Shown one piece after another: positions 45,007 through 54,646 of a stretch of DNA of 64,000 nt. Both the position numbers and the translations under genes were made by a program. The stretch comes from Clostridia bacterium. GTDB lineage: Bacteria > Bacillota > Clostridia > Oscillospirales > CAG-272. The stretch covers positions 38 to 64,037 of the forward strand of contig JAFTKK010000018.1 in the NCBI GenBank assembly GCA_017453325.1. The letters are read 5' to 3'. A model generated the notes under the pieces. It was not told the origin of the DNA. It did not search any database and saw only the letters and a program-made list of their open reading frames with translations. The first letter of the stretch is position 1, and each line of letters opens with the position of its first letter.

Positions 45007-45353
45007 TGAAAAGAGATCTGATTTGTATCATTTGCCCCCGTGGCTGCGCCATGCACGTGGAGGGAGAAAAGGACAATCTCACCGTTACCGGTAACGCTTG
45101 CCCCAAGGGCAAGCAGTATGCCATTGACGAGTGCACCCACCCCACCCGTACCGTTACCTCTATCGTGCGTGTTTCCAACCGTGAGGATACCATGGTGAGT
45201 GTGAAAACTGCTGCTCCCATCCCGAAGGAGAACATTTTTGACGTGATGGCTAAGATCCGCGCCACCAAGGTCGAGGCTCCCATTGAGGCAGGCACCGTGA
45301 TCCTTTCGGATATTTACGGCACTGAGGTCATTGCTACCAAGAGCATTTTCTGA
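45006..45353 (+). CDS. DUF1667-domain Cys-rich protein (third subunit of the clostridial G3P oxidoreductase cluster)
   Basis: LICIICPRGCAMHVEGE...GNACPKGKQYA. ATG overlaps the upstream TGA. Confidence 0.75.
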   Translation: MKRDLICIICPRGCAMHVEGEKDNLTVTGNACPKGKQYAIDECTHPTRTVTSIVRVSNREDTMVSVKTAAPIPKENIFDVMAKIRATKVEAPIEAGTVILSDIYGTEVIATKSIF

Positions 45354-45373
45354 AAAACATAGGCTTATGCTGG

Positions 45374-45409
45374 CAGGCTGTGAGAGTGTTGCTCTCACAG
45401 CCTGTTTAT
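45374..45409 (+). terminator. Hairpin CAGGCTGTGAGAG-(5 nt)-CTCTCACAGCCTG plus TTTAT
   Basis: Read directly. Weak T-run. Confidence 0.5.
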
Positions 45410-45425
45410 CAAGGGGAGGAAAAGA

Positions 45426-46091
45426 ATGAAATACAGAGTGGTAGGTTGGACCGGGTATGACGATCCCGACATTGAGGAGGCACCCTGCAGCGAGGCCGCC
45501 GTGCAAGCCATTATTGCGGATATCAGGGCAAACGGGTATCTTTTTACGGGGTGGCACCATCAGGAGTTTCTCAATTGTGCACCTGTTTTGAATGATGGCA
45601 AAAAAAGGCTGTTTTCCGAGCGGGAGTTTGGCGAGGTGATGGCGCGCGCTCACGGCGATCTTTCGCGTATGGGTTATGCTGCGTATGCTTTTGAATGGTG
45701 CCTTTCTTCCGCCGAGACCGTAATGCCCGATTGGCGAAACGGAATTTCATCCGAGGAGCTTGTGCCCGAAACCGCACTTCGCGAGGAGATCAGGTTAACT
45801 GTACCGCAGGAGATCCTTGTCTTGGCGCAAGCGAACCTATACATCACGCTGAAGGACACCTCGGAGCTCACGTTTCTTGACACGGGTGACACCTTGATCC
45901 TGTGCTGTGAGGGAGAAAATGCCTCCTACCTTGTAGAAGGGCTTGAGCGAAAAAAGAACCTTACCGAGGAAGATGAGGAGCGCATGCGCCACTTTTCCCG
46001 TGCTGAGGATAGCGAGCGTGCCGCATTGGAGGCACTGTACGAGCGTGCCGAGTGGATCGTTGCGGTAACGCTTCGCCCCAAAATGCAATAA
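45426..46091 (+). CDS. Hypothetical protein (221 aa), no family recognised
   Basis: Good RBS (GGGGAGG), coding-like codon usage, acidic C-terminus. Confidence 0.5.
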   Translation: MKYRVVGWTGYDDPDIEEAPCSEAAVQAIIADIRANGYLFTGWHHQEFLNCAPVLNDGKKRLFSEREFGEVMARAHGDLSRMGYAAYAFEWCLSSAETVMPDWRNGISSEELVPETALREEIRLTVPQEILVLAQANLYITLKDTSELTFLDTGDTLILCCEGENASYLVEGLERKKNLTEEDEERMRHFSRAEDSERAALEALYERAEWIVAVTLRPKMQ

Positions 46092-46112
46092 AGAGGCGCA
46101 GTAAAGCTCTGT

Positions 46113-46159
46113 AAAAAGCAGGGAAAACCCACACACGGTGTGGGTTTTCCCTGCTTTTT
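46113..46159 (+). terminator. Strong terminator AAAAAGCAGGGAAAACCCACAC-ACG-GTGTGGGTTTTCCCTGCTTTTT
   Basis: Read directly. Confidence 0.85.
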
Positions 46160-46215
46160 GGTGGCTTATTTATCTCCAAAAGCAAGAAAAAGGGGAGGAC
46201 TTTTGTAGAGATATC

Positions 46216-46244
46216 TTGACACGTGTGCGGGCTGCGCGTATAAT
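46216..46244 (+). promoter_or_regulatory. Consensus sigma-A promoter TTGACA-17-TATAAT ending 9 nt before ATG 46254
   Basis: Hexamers 46216-46221 and 46239-46244. Confidence 0.6.
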
Positions 46245-46253
46245 AAAGGCAGT

Positions 46254-48458
46254 ATGATGTGGGGGGAGAAGTCGAGGCCCTTTGAAAATGCAAAATATAT
46301 CAAGGCCGAGCAAGCGCCGTCGCCCTTTTCCTATCACGATCCCGCCCCTTTTTTCAGAAAAGAGTTCGAGATCGGTGAGAAGGTCTCCTTTGCTGCGCTT
46401 TCCGTGCAGACTCCGGGCTTTGTCAAGGTGTATTTGAACGGCTCGGATATCACAGAGGATATTTTCATTTCGCCCGTTTCCGATCCGCAAAAAATACTGT
46501 GGTATCACACATATGATGTTACATCTCTTTTGCGCAAGGGGAAAAATGTGATCGGTGTCATTGCAGGCAACGGTTTTTTGAATGAATCCTTCAAAACCGC
46601 ATGGGATTACGATACCGCGCCGTGGCGCGATGCACCGCAGTTTATGCTGTCACTTTGCGTGAACAGCAAGCCTGTAGCGGTGAGTGACGGCACGTGGCGT
46701 GCGAGCAAGGAGGCTTCGCATATCGTTTACCACCATTTGCGCAGCGGTGAGTGGGTGGATATGCGCAAGTATGATACCCGGTGGCTGCTGACGGATTATG
46801 ATGATAGCTTGTGGCGCCCCGCGGTTCTGCGTGAGCGGCCCTTTGGCGGCAGGCTCGAAAAAACACCCTGTCAGCCCGTGCGGGAGTGTGAACGCATCGC
46901 ACCCGTATCGTGTTGCCGTGTCGAAAACGGATATCTTTACGATTTCGGTGTGAACCTGTCAGGCTATGTCGATGCGGTGCTTTCGGCGCCTCGCGGCACC
47001 GAGATCACCTTTTCTTATGCCGAGGAGATAGATGCAGTGGGTAATCCCGCACATAACGGTATGGATAGCAGGTATTTTTATGCCGAATCGCCCTTTCAGA
47101 TCAACCGTTTGATCGCATCTGGCGGCGAGGATCATTTCAAGCCCCTCTTTTCTTACCACGGGTTCCGCTATTTGCTGATCAGCGGTCTTGATGCACCTTT
47201 GCGCGAGATCCATGCCGTGTTTACGCACAATGATGTGGCGCGTCGCTCGGATTTTTCTTCGGGCAACGCGTTGCTGAACGCCATATTTGCTGCGGGTATT
47301 CGTTCAACCTATTCCAATATGTTTTGGTGTCTGACCGACTGCCCGACGAGGGAAAAGCTTGCGTGGCTGAATGATGCGCAGGCCAGTGTGGATCAAACTC
47401 TATATCATTTTGACATTCTGCCGCTTTACCGAAAATGGTTTGAGGATATCAAGGCGGGTATGCATGAAAATGGGTTGGTGCACGGTACACATCCCTCAAC
47501 CGATTGGGCCTGGGGGCGCGATTGCGGCCCCGTGTGCGGCGCGATGCTCTATGAACTGCCGTACCGTGTGTATCTGCATACGGGTGATCCCCACATGCTG
47601 ATTGATGCAATACCGTATTTTGTACGCTATGCTGATTTTTTGACAGAAAGCAGCGAAACGGGACGGGAATTTATCCTCGGTGATTGGCTTGGCAGCGGCA
47701 ACAGCAAACGCATACCCAAGCAGATGGTGTGGGATTTTTACCTTTATAAGGCTTTGCGCATTACCGCACTTGCGCTCGACCTCGCGCAGCAGCCGAGGGA
47801 GGATATAAAGAAACGCTTGCACGAAGCACGTGCGCGTTTCCTGGCTCGGTATACCGATTGCGAAGGGCGCTGCACAGTCTCCGAGCAAACGGCTGTGGCG
47901 ATGATGCTTGTTGAGGGTATCTATGATAAAAAAGAGCCTCTTGCCGCACAGCTTGCTGAGGTGGTGCTGCGCGATGGCGTCAAAATGACCTGCGGCATGG
48001 TGGGTGTGCAGTATATTTATAAGGCCTTGGCCGTGATTGGCCGCGGTGAGCTTGCTTACCGCATGATCGTATCAAGTGAGCCCGGGTACAAGACCTGGTT
48101 TGAAAACGGTGCTACTACGCTGTGGGAGTGCTGGGACGGTGTTTCAAGCGGCTCACATAATCACCATATGTTTTCTAACGTGTTGGGGTGGTTTTTCTCC
48201 GATCTGCTCGGTGTTTCGCCGTGCGAACAGGCCCCCGGCTATCGGCAGCTTACCCTCGCCCCCGTGTTTGTGGCGGAGCTTTCTCATGTGAGTGGTTACA
48301 TTGATACCGTAAAGGGCAGAATAGAGGCCTCCTGGCAGTATCGAAACGGTGAGTTTGTTTACACCGTTGCAGTACCTCACGGTGTCAGCGCGGTATTTCG
48401 CGGCATCCCCTGCAGGGTTGGGGAAAATGTTTTTTATATCAAGGAGGCTGAAGCGTGA
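46254..48458 (+). CDS. Alpha-L-rhamnosidase (GH78)
   Basis: 734 aa. FFRKEFEIG...VYLNG, YHGFRYLLISG, CPTREKLAWLNDA and WECW are typical GH78 blocks. Confidence 0.85.
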   Translation: MMWGEKSRPFENAKYIKAEQAPSPFSYHDPAPFFRKEFEIGEKVSFAALSVQTPGFVKVYLNGSDITEDIFISPVSDPQKILWYHTYDVTSLLRKGKNVIGVIAGNGFLNESFKTAWDYDTAPWRDAPQFMLSLCVNSKPVAVSDGTWRASKEASHIVYHHLRSGEWVDMRKYDTRWLLTDYDDSLWRPAVLRERPFGGRLEKTPCQPVRECERIAPVSCCRVENGYLYDFGVNLSGYVDAVLSAPRGTEITFSYAEEIDAVGNPAHNGMDSRYFYAESPFQINRLIASGGEDHFKPLFSYHGFRYLLISGLDAPLREIHAVFTHNDVARRSDFSSGNALLNAIFAAGIRSTYSNMFWCLTDCPTREKLAWLNDAQASVDQTLYHFDILPLYRKWFEDIKAGMHENGLVHGTHPSTDWAWGRDCGPVCGAMLYELPYRVYLHTGDPHMLIDAIPYFVRYADFLTESSETGREFILGDWLGSGNSKRIPKQMVWDFYLYKALRITALALDLAQQPREDIKKRLHEARARFLARYTDCEGRCTVSEQTAVAMMLVEGIYDKKEPLAAQLAEVVLRDGVKMTCGMVGVQYIYKALAVIGRGELAYRMIVSSEPGYKTWFENGATTLWECWDGVSSGSHNHHMFSNVLGWFFSDLLGVSPCEQAPGYRQLTLAPVFVAELSHVSGYIDTVKGRIEASWQYRNGEFVYTVAVPHGVSAVFRGIPCRVGENVFYIKEAEA

Positions 48459-49180
48459 AAATTGTTGAAAAAATGGCCGTAAAGGCGGTTGAAAACGCAG
48501 CGCACGAGGGTGTGACCATCGCATTTCTCGGCGATAGCGTAACACAGGGCTGCTTTGAGCTCTATAAAAAGCAGGATGGAAGCATCGAAACCGTGTTTGA
48601 TAAGCGTTACTCCTACGGGATGGGGGTGTTTGATATCCTTTGTACGCTCTTTCCCACGGTGCCCGTCAATATCATCAATGCCGGCATCAGCGGTGACAAC
48701 GCCCCCGCAGGGCTTGAAAGGCTGTCGCGTGACGTGCTGCGTCACGCACCCGACCTCACCGTGGTTTGCTACGGCTTAAACGATTGCGGGAGAAGCGAGG
48801 TGGGGCGCTTGCGCTATACCAATGCTTTGCGCGGTATTTTTGAAAGGGTACGCGAGACGGGCAGCGAGCTGATCTTTATGACACCCAATATGATGAATAT
48901 GGGTATGAGTCCGCACGTGGTTGACCCCGATATCAAGGCGATCGCCGCCGACACCGCCGATAAGCAAAACGGGGGTTATTTTGATGCGTATATCAACGCC
49001 GCCCGCGCGCTATGTGCGGAGATGGGCGTGCCGGTTTGTGACTGCTATGCCATCTGGAAAAACCTGGCGGCACAGGGGGTGGATACCACCGAGCTGCTTT
49101 CCAATAAGATCAATCACCCCACGCGTGAGATGAACCGCTTGTTTGCCTACGAGCTGGTTCGAACTATGTTTGAGCAATAA
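48455..49180 (+). CDS. SGNH/GDSL-family hydrolase
   Basis: GTG start with RBS AAGGAGG. IAFLGDSVTQG block I, GLND block, NHPT near the C-terminus. Confidence 0.8.
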   Translation: MKIVEKMAVKAVENAAHEGVTIAFLGDSVTQGCFELYKKQDGSIETVFDKRYSYGMGVFDILCTLFPTVPVNIINAGISGDNAPAGLERLSRDVLRHAPDLTVVCYGLNDCGRSEVGRLRYTNALRGIFERVRETGSELIFMTPNMMNMGMSPHVVDPDIKAIAADTADKQNGGYFDAYINAARALCAEMGVPVCDCYAIWKNLAAQGVDTTELLSNKINHPTREMNRLFAYELVRTMFEQ

Positions 49181-49203
49181 TAACACAATAAAGAGGTGCA
49201 CAT

Positions 49204-50346
49204 ATGAATTTTACTGCTTTAGACAAATTTTTACATGAGATGACCGCGCGCGGCGTACCGGACGCCGAGATCGCGGTAACCAAGGACGGTGAAACCGTCT
49301 ATCACGAGGTGGCGGGATATACCGATATCGACAGGACGCGCCCTGCCACCAAGCAGGATATCCGTTGGCTCTTTTCCTGCACCAAGGTGATGACCTGCAT
49401 CGCCGCCATGCGCCTGGTGGAGGAGGGAAAGCTTTCGATTTCCGATCCCGTTTCGCGGTATTTGCCCGAATACGCACACCTCAAGGTGAAAAACGAGAAA
49501 ACAGGTGAGATCACCGATGCAAAGGAGATACTGACGGTGGCGCATCTGTTTGGCATGATGGGCGGCCTTGATTATGACCTGAAGGCGCCCGCCGTGCGCG
49601 CGGCCATTGAGGCAGGGGGCGGCACCCGTGAGATCGTGGCTGCTATGGCCGAAAAGCCACTCCACTTTGAGCCGGGTACGTGGTTCAAATACAGCCTTTG
49701 TCACGACGTGTTGGCAGCGGTTGTGGAGGTGGTGGCAGGTATGCCCTTCGGTGAGTATCTTGACCGCATCATCTTCACCCCGTTGGGGCTTACCGATATC
49801 GGTTTCGTGCCGAGTGAAGCGCAAAAAGCGCGCTTTCCGCAGATGTACAATTATGATGCCGCTGCGAGAAAGCTGGTTCCGATGAGCTCCGACAATCCCT
49901 ACTTTCTCTCCCCGCGCTACGAAAGCGGCGGCGCAGGGCTTTTTTCCACCGTGACGGCATACAGCAAGTTTCTTGCCACCGTTGCAAACGGCAAAAGCCC
50001 CGAGGGCTATTCGATCTTGAAGCCCGAAACCGTCAAGCTGATCAGCGAGACCGACATTCTGACCCCGGGCGGACGCCTTGGTATGATCTCCTCCTGGTCC
50101 ACGCGCTTTTTCGGGTATAGCTGGGGGCTTTGCGGCAGAGTGCATCTCTCGCCCGTGGTATCTGCCGCCAAATCGCCGCAGGGCGAGTTCGGCTGGGACG
50201 GTGCCGCCTGCTCCTTCTGCCTCATGGACCCCACCAATCGCGTGTCGTTGATGATGGGTCTTAACGTGCGCAGCTTTGTGTATGGCTATCACGTGCTTCA
50301 CCCACGTGTGCGCGATCTCCTGTATGAATGCCTTGAGGCAAAATAA
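49204..50346 (+). CDS. Serine hydrolase, beta-lactamase/PBP4*-like family
   Basis: FSCTKVMT (S-x-x-K). 380 aa. Confidence 0.8.
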   Translation: MNFTALDKFLHEMTARGVPDAEIAVTKDGETVYHEVAGYTDIDRTRPATKQDIRWLFSCTKVMTCIAAMRLVEEGKLSISDPVSRYLPEYAHLKVKNEKTGEITDAKEILTVAHLFGMMGGLDYDLKAPAVRAAIEAGGGTREIVAAMAEKPLHFEPGTWFKYSLCHDVLAAVVEVVAGMPFGEYLDRIIFTPLGLTDIGFVPSEAQKARFPQMYNYDAAARKLVPMSSDNPYFLSPRYESGGAGLFSTVTAYSKFLATVANGKSPEGYSILKPETVKLISETDILTPGGRLGMISSWSTRFFGYSWGLCGRVHLSPVVSAAKSPQGEFGWDGAACSFCLMDPTNRVSLMMGLNVRSFVYGYHVLHPRVRDLLYECLEAK

Positions 50347-50357
50347 TACGATTTGTC

Positions 50358-50405
50358 AAAAACCCCCACAACGGTGGCGAATTTCGCCACGTTGTGGGGG
50401 TTATT
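50358..50405. terminator. Long hairpin CCCCCACAACG..TGGCGA-ATT-TCGCCA..CGTTGTGGGGG between convergent genes
   Basis: Read directly. Confidence 0.75.
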
Positions 50406-50406
50406 C

Positions 50407-51759
50407 TCATTGCTTCAAGAATAAAATCTTACCGTGCGGTATGGTAAAGGCGTTGGCACTTTCATCACTTTGACGATTGATCCATGGGGTAGAAAGCTTT
50501 AAGGTGTAATCGGCACCTGTGAAGTTAGATACCACAAGGTAACGCGATTCGTTGACAAACATAGAGGCATACACCTTCTCAGGCAGCGGGGAGAGGATGT
50601 CGGCGCACTCGCGCAGCTCAATAAAGGCGAGGGTGTTTTCGCTTACCATCGGGCGGTAAAGTGCGAGATATTTGCACCAGCGCGGATAATCCTCCACGTC
50701 ATCGGGGATTGAAGACCAGAGGGAGTAGGTGTAGGGGCCGTCTGGGTGCGCCTTCATATATTCACCGATCTTTTTGTTAAAGGCGTATTCGGGGCCCATG
50801 CCGTTTTCATTACCGTAGTAGGGGATATCCTCTTCAATGCGCTTGCCCATCAGCGGACGACCTCTCGATGTCAGCAGCGGAAACTGCAAAAAGGGAATGA
50901 CGGCAGCGTAATAAAGCTCGGGGTCCTGTGTTTTTAGTTTTTCCTTATCGGGGCAGGGGATGACGTAGTCGGCAAAGCTTTTGCCGATGCCAACGCTCAT
51001 TTCGCGGATGTTTTCACCGATCCAGAGGTAGTCGTATACTTGATCAATACAGGGAATGGGGTTGTTGCGACTGCGATGCAGCTTGTAGATGCCACCGCGT
51101 CGTTTTACCTCGTAGTAGATGGTAGCGAGTAAATCCTCGCATTCGGGGTCATAACCCTCCATACCTTCGCGCGAAAGACCGCCGTTTACACGGTATTGGC
51201 TATCGTAGCCCATATCATTAAAGATGCCGTCAAAATTGTAGCGGTCAAGCACGGCAAAGGTGCGGGGAAGCAGATACTTTCTCCACTCGGCGCTCCCCAT
51301 AGAGCAGGTGCGGTACTTGAAATGCATACCGTTGACACAACGCTTTTCGCTCACCGCAAATCTCTCGTCAAAATCGGGGTCAAATTCGTGAAAATATCCG
51401 GAGGAAATGTAAGGAATGATTTTCATGCCAAAGGAGTGCGCAAGATCGATAAACTGCTCAAGGCCCTTGGGATCGTGGCAGGTGAATTTATCTGCACCAA
51501 GGTGGCGAATGGGGTCATTCCATTCCTCGTGAATTTGAATCAGCTCTACGCCGTTTGCCGCCATATCGTGCAGCATTTCACGGTCATAATCGGTGGGGGT
51601 AATGGAAAACGGTGCGGGGTAGTCGCCGAGATTGTAGACCGCTTGCCCCGGCAAGTAATCGTGAATGCGCTTGCGGCGCAGATATCTTTTGTTGCCGATC
51701 ACCGATTTGTTGATATTTTCAATTCGAGCACGTTGCTGCTCCAAGGTTAAAAACTTCAT
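50407..51759 (-). CDS. Hypothetical 450-aa protein, glycoside-hydrolase-like TIM barrel suspected
   Basis: RBS AAAGGAG. GVELIQIHEEWND...GMKIIPYISSGYF. Family not recognised. Confidence 0.4.
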   Translation of the reverse strand: MKFLTLEQQRARIENINKSVIGNKRYLRRKRIHDYLPGQAVYNLGDYPAPFSITPTDYDREMLHDMAANGVELIQIHEEWNDPIRHLGADKFTCHDPKGLEQFIDLAHSFGMKIIPYISSGYFHEFDPDFDERFAVSEKRCVNGMHFKYRTCSMGSAEWRKYLLPRTFAVLDRYNFDGIFNDMGYDSQYRVNGGLSREGMEGYDPECEDLLATIYYEVKRRGGIYKLHRSRNNPIPCIDQVYDYLWIGENIREMSVGIGKSFADYVIPCPDKEKLKTQDPELYYAAVIPFLQFPLLTSRGRPLMGKRIEEDIPYYGNENGMGPEYAFNKKIGEYMKAHPDGPYTYSLWSSIPDDVEDYPRWCKYLALYRPMVSENTLAFIELRECADILSPLPEKVYASMFVNESRYLVVSNFTGADYTLKLSTPWINRQSDESANAFTIPHGKILFLKQ

Positions 51760-51808
51760 TCGTTACTCCTTTACCGTAGCAGGTGTGTGAGGCGTTTGGT
51801 ATATAAAC

Positions 51809-51837
51809 AGTATAGCCGTTAAAGCGGACAAGGTCAA
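51809..51837 (-). promoter_or_regulatory. Sigma-A-type promoter TTGACC-17-TATACT (minus strand)
   Basis: Reverse complement of 51832-51837 and 51809-51814. Confidence 0.6.
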
Positions 51838-51878
51838 TAGTGTATTCGCATTTTCAAAAATTTTATCATAGAGTAAGC

Positions 51879-51918
51879 AAAACCCCAAAAGCGGGGCGGG
51901 TACGCCTCGCTTTTGGGG
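51879..51918 (-). terminator. Terminator CCCCAAAAGCG...CGCTTTTGGGG with a U-run on the minus strand
   Basis: Ends the tkt-SDR-Gfo operon. Confidence 0.7.
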
Positions 51919-51924
51919 TTGTCA

Positions 51925-52929
51925 TTAGTTGCCGTAGATCTCGTCAACCAGCTCCTGCACGCGCACGGCGCGCTCGGCAAGCGTATAGTCGGGCTTGCCG
52001 CTTGCCACCTGCATGGCAAAGGCAGCGAGCTGACGGCGATACATGTTGTTTTCGGGATCGCCGGTGTAGAGAACGGGCTCATCGGTCGTGCGGTGCTGCG
52101 CCGCCTCGTAGTCGCCCTGCGGACAATAGAGGTGGGAGAGCGAGCCGCCGTCCTCCTGCGCGAGGGTGCCGCGGCAGATGATGTAGCCCTTGTCTCCGTA
52201 AAGCTCCAGCTTGCTCTCGCTGGCCTTATCGGGGATGTTGAAGTTGCAATCCACGTGACCGAGCACGCCGCTTTGGGTGCGCAGAATGATCACTGCACCG
52301 TCCTCCACCTCATAAGAGAAGGTACGGGTGCCGAAAAAGCCCTTAGCCTCCACGATCGGCTCGCCGAGAATGTCCTCGATCAGCTCAAGGCAATGCACAC
52401 CGAGATCCATGATGGCACCGCCGCCGCCAAGCGCCTTTTGCTGTCTCCATGCGCCTGCAATGTCGGGATACCAGCAGGTGAACTGTGCGCGCACGCTGTT
52501 CACGTTTCCGATACCGTCCTTGGCGATCAGCGCCTTGGCCTTTTCGTGCAGACTGTGATATTTCATCATGTAGCCGATGGAAAGCTGCTTGCCTGCTGCG
52601 CGGAAAGCGTCAAGCAGGGAGCGGCTTTCTTGGCCCGTCAGACACACGGGCTTCTCTAAAAAGACATGCTTGCCATAGGAAAGCGCGAGCATAGCCTGGC
52701 TCTTGTGGCAAAAGACGGGGGTGCTGATATACACGGCATCGGCATCGGTGGTGGCGAGCAGCTCCTTTTCATCGGTGAAATAGGGCACGCCGTATTTTTC
52801 GCCCGTTGCCTTGGCCGCCACGGGGGATTTATCCATCACCGCGACCAGCTCGTTATTCTTGTCGGTCAGAAGGGCGGGGATCGTGCGTCTGTCAGCGATC
52901 CCGCCCGCGCCAATCACACACCATTTCAT
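51925..52929 (-). CDS. Gfo/Idh/MocA-family oxidoreductase
   Basis: MKWCVIGAGGIADRR...VFLEKPV. 334 aa. Confidence 0.85.
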   Translation of the reverse strand: MKWCVIGAGGIADRRTIPALLTDKNNELVAVMDKSPVAAKATGEKYGVPYFTDEKELLATTDADAVYISTPVFCHKSQAMLALSYGKHVFLEKPVCLTGQESRSLLDAFRAAGKQLSIGYMMKYHSLHEKAKALIAKDGIGNVNSVRAQFTCWYPDIAGAWRQQKALGGGGAIMDLGVHCLELIEDILGEPIVEAKGFFGTRTFSYEVEDGAVIILRTQSGVLGHVDCNFNIPDKASESKLELYGDKGYIICRGTLAQEDGGSLSHLYCPQGDYEAAQHRTTDEPVLYTGDPENNMYRRQLAAFAMQVASGKPDYTLAERAVRVQELVDEIYGN

Positions 52930-52932
52930 GGC

Positions 52933-53712
52933 TTAGCGATTTACGTCGCCGTTGGTGGTAATGCCACCGTCGGCACGGATGATAGCACCGTTTAAGTAGG
53001 AAGCATCGTCGGAGCAGAGCCAGCAGGCAATGGCGGCAATGTCCTCGGGCGTGCCCCAACGGCGAATGGGGGTGACCATCTCAAGGAATTTTTCGTTATT
53101 GAAGGCGGGGTTGTTGAGGTTGCTTGCCTTTACCATGTCGGTTAAGATCGCGGCGGGGGCAATGCAGTTGGTGCGGATGTTATATTTGCCGTAATCAACG
53201 GCAAGAGAACGCGTCAAAGAGATCATAGCACCCTTGGTGGCGGTGTAGGCCGCACACTCGGGAATGCCCGTTACACCTGCCGAGGAGGAGGTGTTGACGA
53301 TAGAGCCGCCGTTTTTCTTCATAAGGGGCAGCGCCGCACGGGTGCAAAGATAGGTGCCCGTGAGGTTGATGGCAATGATCTTGCTCCAGATCGCGGGATC
53401 AATGTCACCGAGAGGGCCGTCGCGGCCGTCAAGGAAAACAGAGGCGTTATTGTAGATGGCGTCCACGCGGTCAACCGCCTTGCCGATCTCGGCAAAGGCT
53501 GCGTCAACGGATTCCACAGAGGAGATGTCGCAGGGTACGTACAGGCAGCGGAAGCCGGCACCCTCCAGCTCGTTTTTGGCGTTTTCGCAGGCCGTGGCGT
53601 TGACGTCAAGGCCGATAACGAATGCGCCCTCCTTCGCGAAGCGGCGTGCAGCGGCAAGACCGATGCCGCCTGCGGCGCCCGTGATGATGACGTTTTTATT
53701 TTGCAGCATCAT
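52933..53712 (-). CDS. Short-chain dehydrogenase/reductase (SDR)
   Basis: VIITGAAGGIGLA, NNAS, YTATKGAM (YxxxK). Confidence 0.9.
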   Translation of the reverse strand: MMLQNKNVIITGAAGGIGLAAARRFAKEGAFVIGLDVNATACENAKNELEGAGFRCLYVPCDISSVESVDAAFAEIGKAVDRVDAIYNNASVFLDGRDGPLGDIDPAIWSKIIAINLTGTYLCTRAALPLMKKNGGSIVNTSSSAGVTGIPECAAYTATKGAMISLTRSLAVDYGKYNIRTNCIAPAAILTDMVKASNLNNPAFNNEKFLEMVTPIRRWGTPEDIAAIACWLCSDDASYLNGAIIRADGGITTNGDVNR

Positions 53713-53722
53713 GGCCGTTTCC

Positions 53723-54646
53723 TCATTTCTTCAGAGCAGCGCGCACGCTCTCGGCAATGCCGTTTGCCTGCAGGCCGTACTGATCGCGGATCCAAGCCTG
53801 ACCGCCGATCTTGGCAACGTTCACGTCGGGGAAAGCAAGACGCTTGAATGCCTTGGGGCAAAGTGCCTCGTCAGCAATGACCTCGGCTACGGCTGCGCCC
53901 AGACCGCCGATGATGTTGTGCTCCTCGATGGTAACGATACCGCCGGTGTTCTTGCAGGCGTCTGCAATGGCGTCTTTGTCAATGGGCTTGATGGTGTGCA
54001 TGCTGACGATGCGGCAGTTGATGCCCTCTTCCTTCAGCATATCGGCGGCCTTGACGACCTCGCTGCCGATGGGACCGCAGAACATGAGGGTCACGTCGTT
54101 GCCCTCGCGTACGGTGTTGGCCTTGCCGATCTTAAAGTCGATGGGGCCGCTGTGAATATCCTTTTCGCCCTTGTAGCCGCAACGGTAGTAGAAGGGGCCG
54201 TTGTGTTCGATCATGGCGTGGGTGGCAGCAACTGCCTCATAGTTGTCGCAGGGAACCTCGATCACGATGTTGGGCAGGGCGCGCATGATGGCAAGGTCCT
54301 CGGTGGAGTGGTGGGACATACCGAGAGCGCCGTAGGAAACGCCGCCGCCGATGATGACGATCTTGACGTTGGCGTCATGATAGCAAACGTCGTTTCTGAT
54401 CTGCTCAAGGCAACGCAGGGTGGGGAAGTTGGCGATACTGTAAGTAACGGCAATGTTGCCCTCCATGGCAATACCGCAGGCAACGCCGGTCATGTTCTGC
54501 TCGGCAACGCCCACGTTGTAGTATCTTTCGGGGAAGGTATCACGGAAGGGCTCGATCTCGCCAAAGCCGATATCGGCCAGTACCATATGAATGCGGGGAT
54601 CCTTTTTTGCAATTTCAAGTAAGGTTTTGTTAAATACTGCTCTCAT
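53723..54646 (-). CDS. Transketolase, C-terminal (pyrimidine-binding) subunit
   Basis: RYYNVGVAEQNMTGVA..., 307 aa. Overlaps the N-terminal subunit by 4 nt. Confidence 0.9.
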   Translation of the reverse strand: MRAVFNKTLLEIAKKDPRIHMVLADIGFGEIEPFRDTFPERYYNVGVAEQNMTGVACGIAMEGNIAVTYSIANFPTLRCLEQIRNDVCYHDANVKIVIIGGGVSYGALGMSHHSTEDLAIMRALPNIVIEVPCDNYEAVAATHAMIEHNGPFYYRCGYKGEKDIHSGPIDFKIGKANTVREGNDVTLMFCGPIGSEVVKAADMLKEEGINCRIVSMHTIKPIDKDAIADACKNTGGIVTIEEHNIIGGLGAAVAEVIADEALCPKAFKRLAFPDVNVAKIGGQAWIRDQYGLQANGIAESVRAALKK

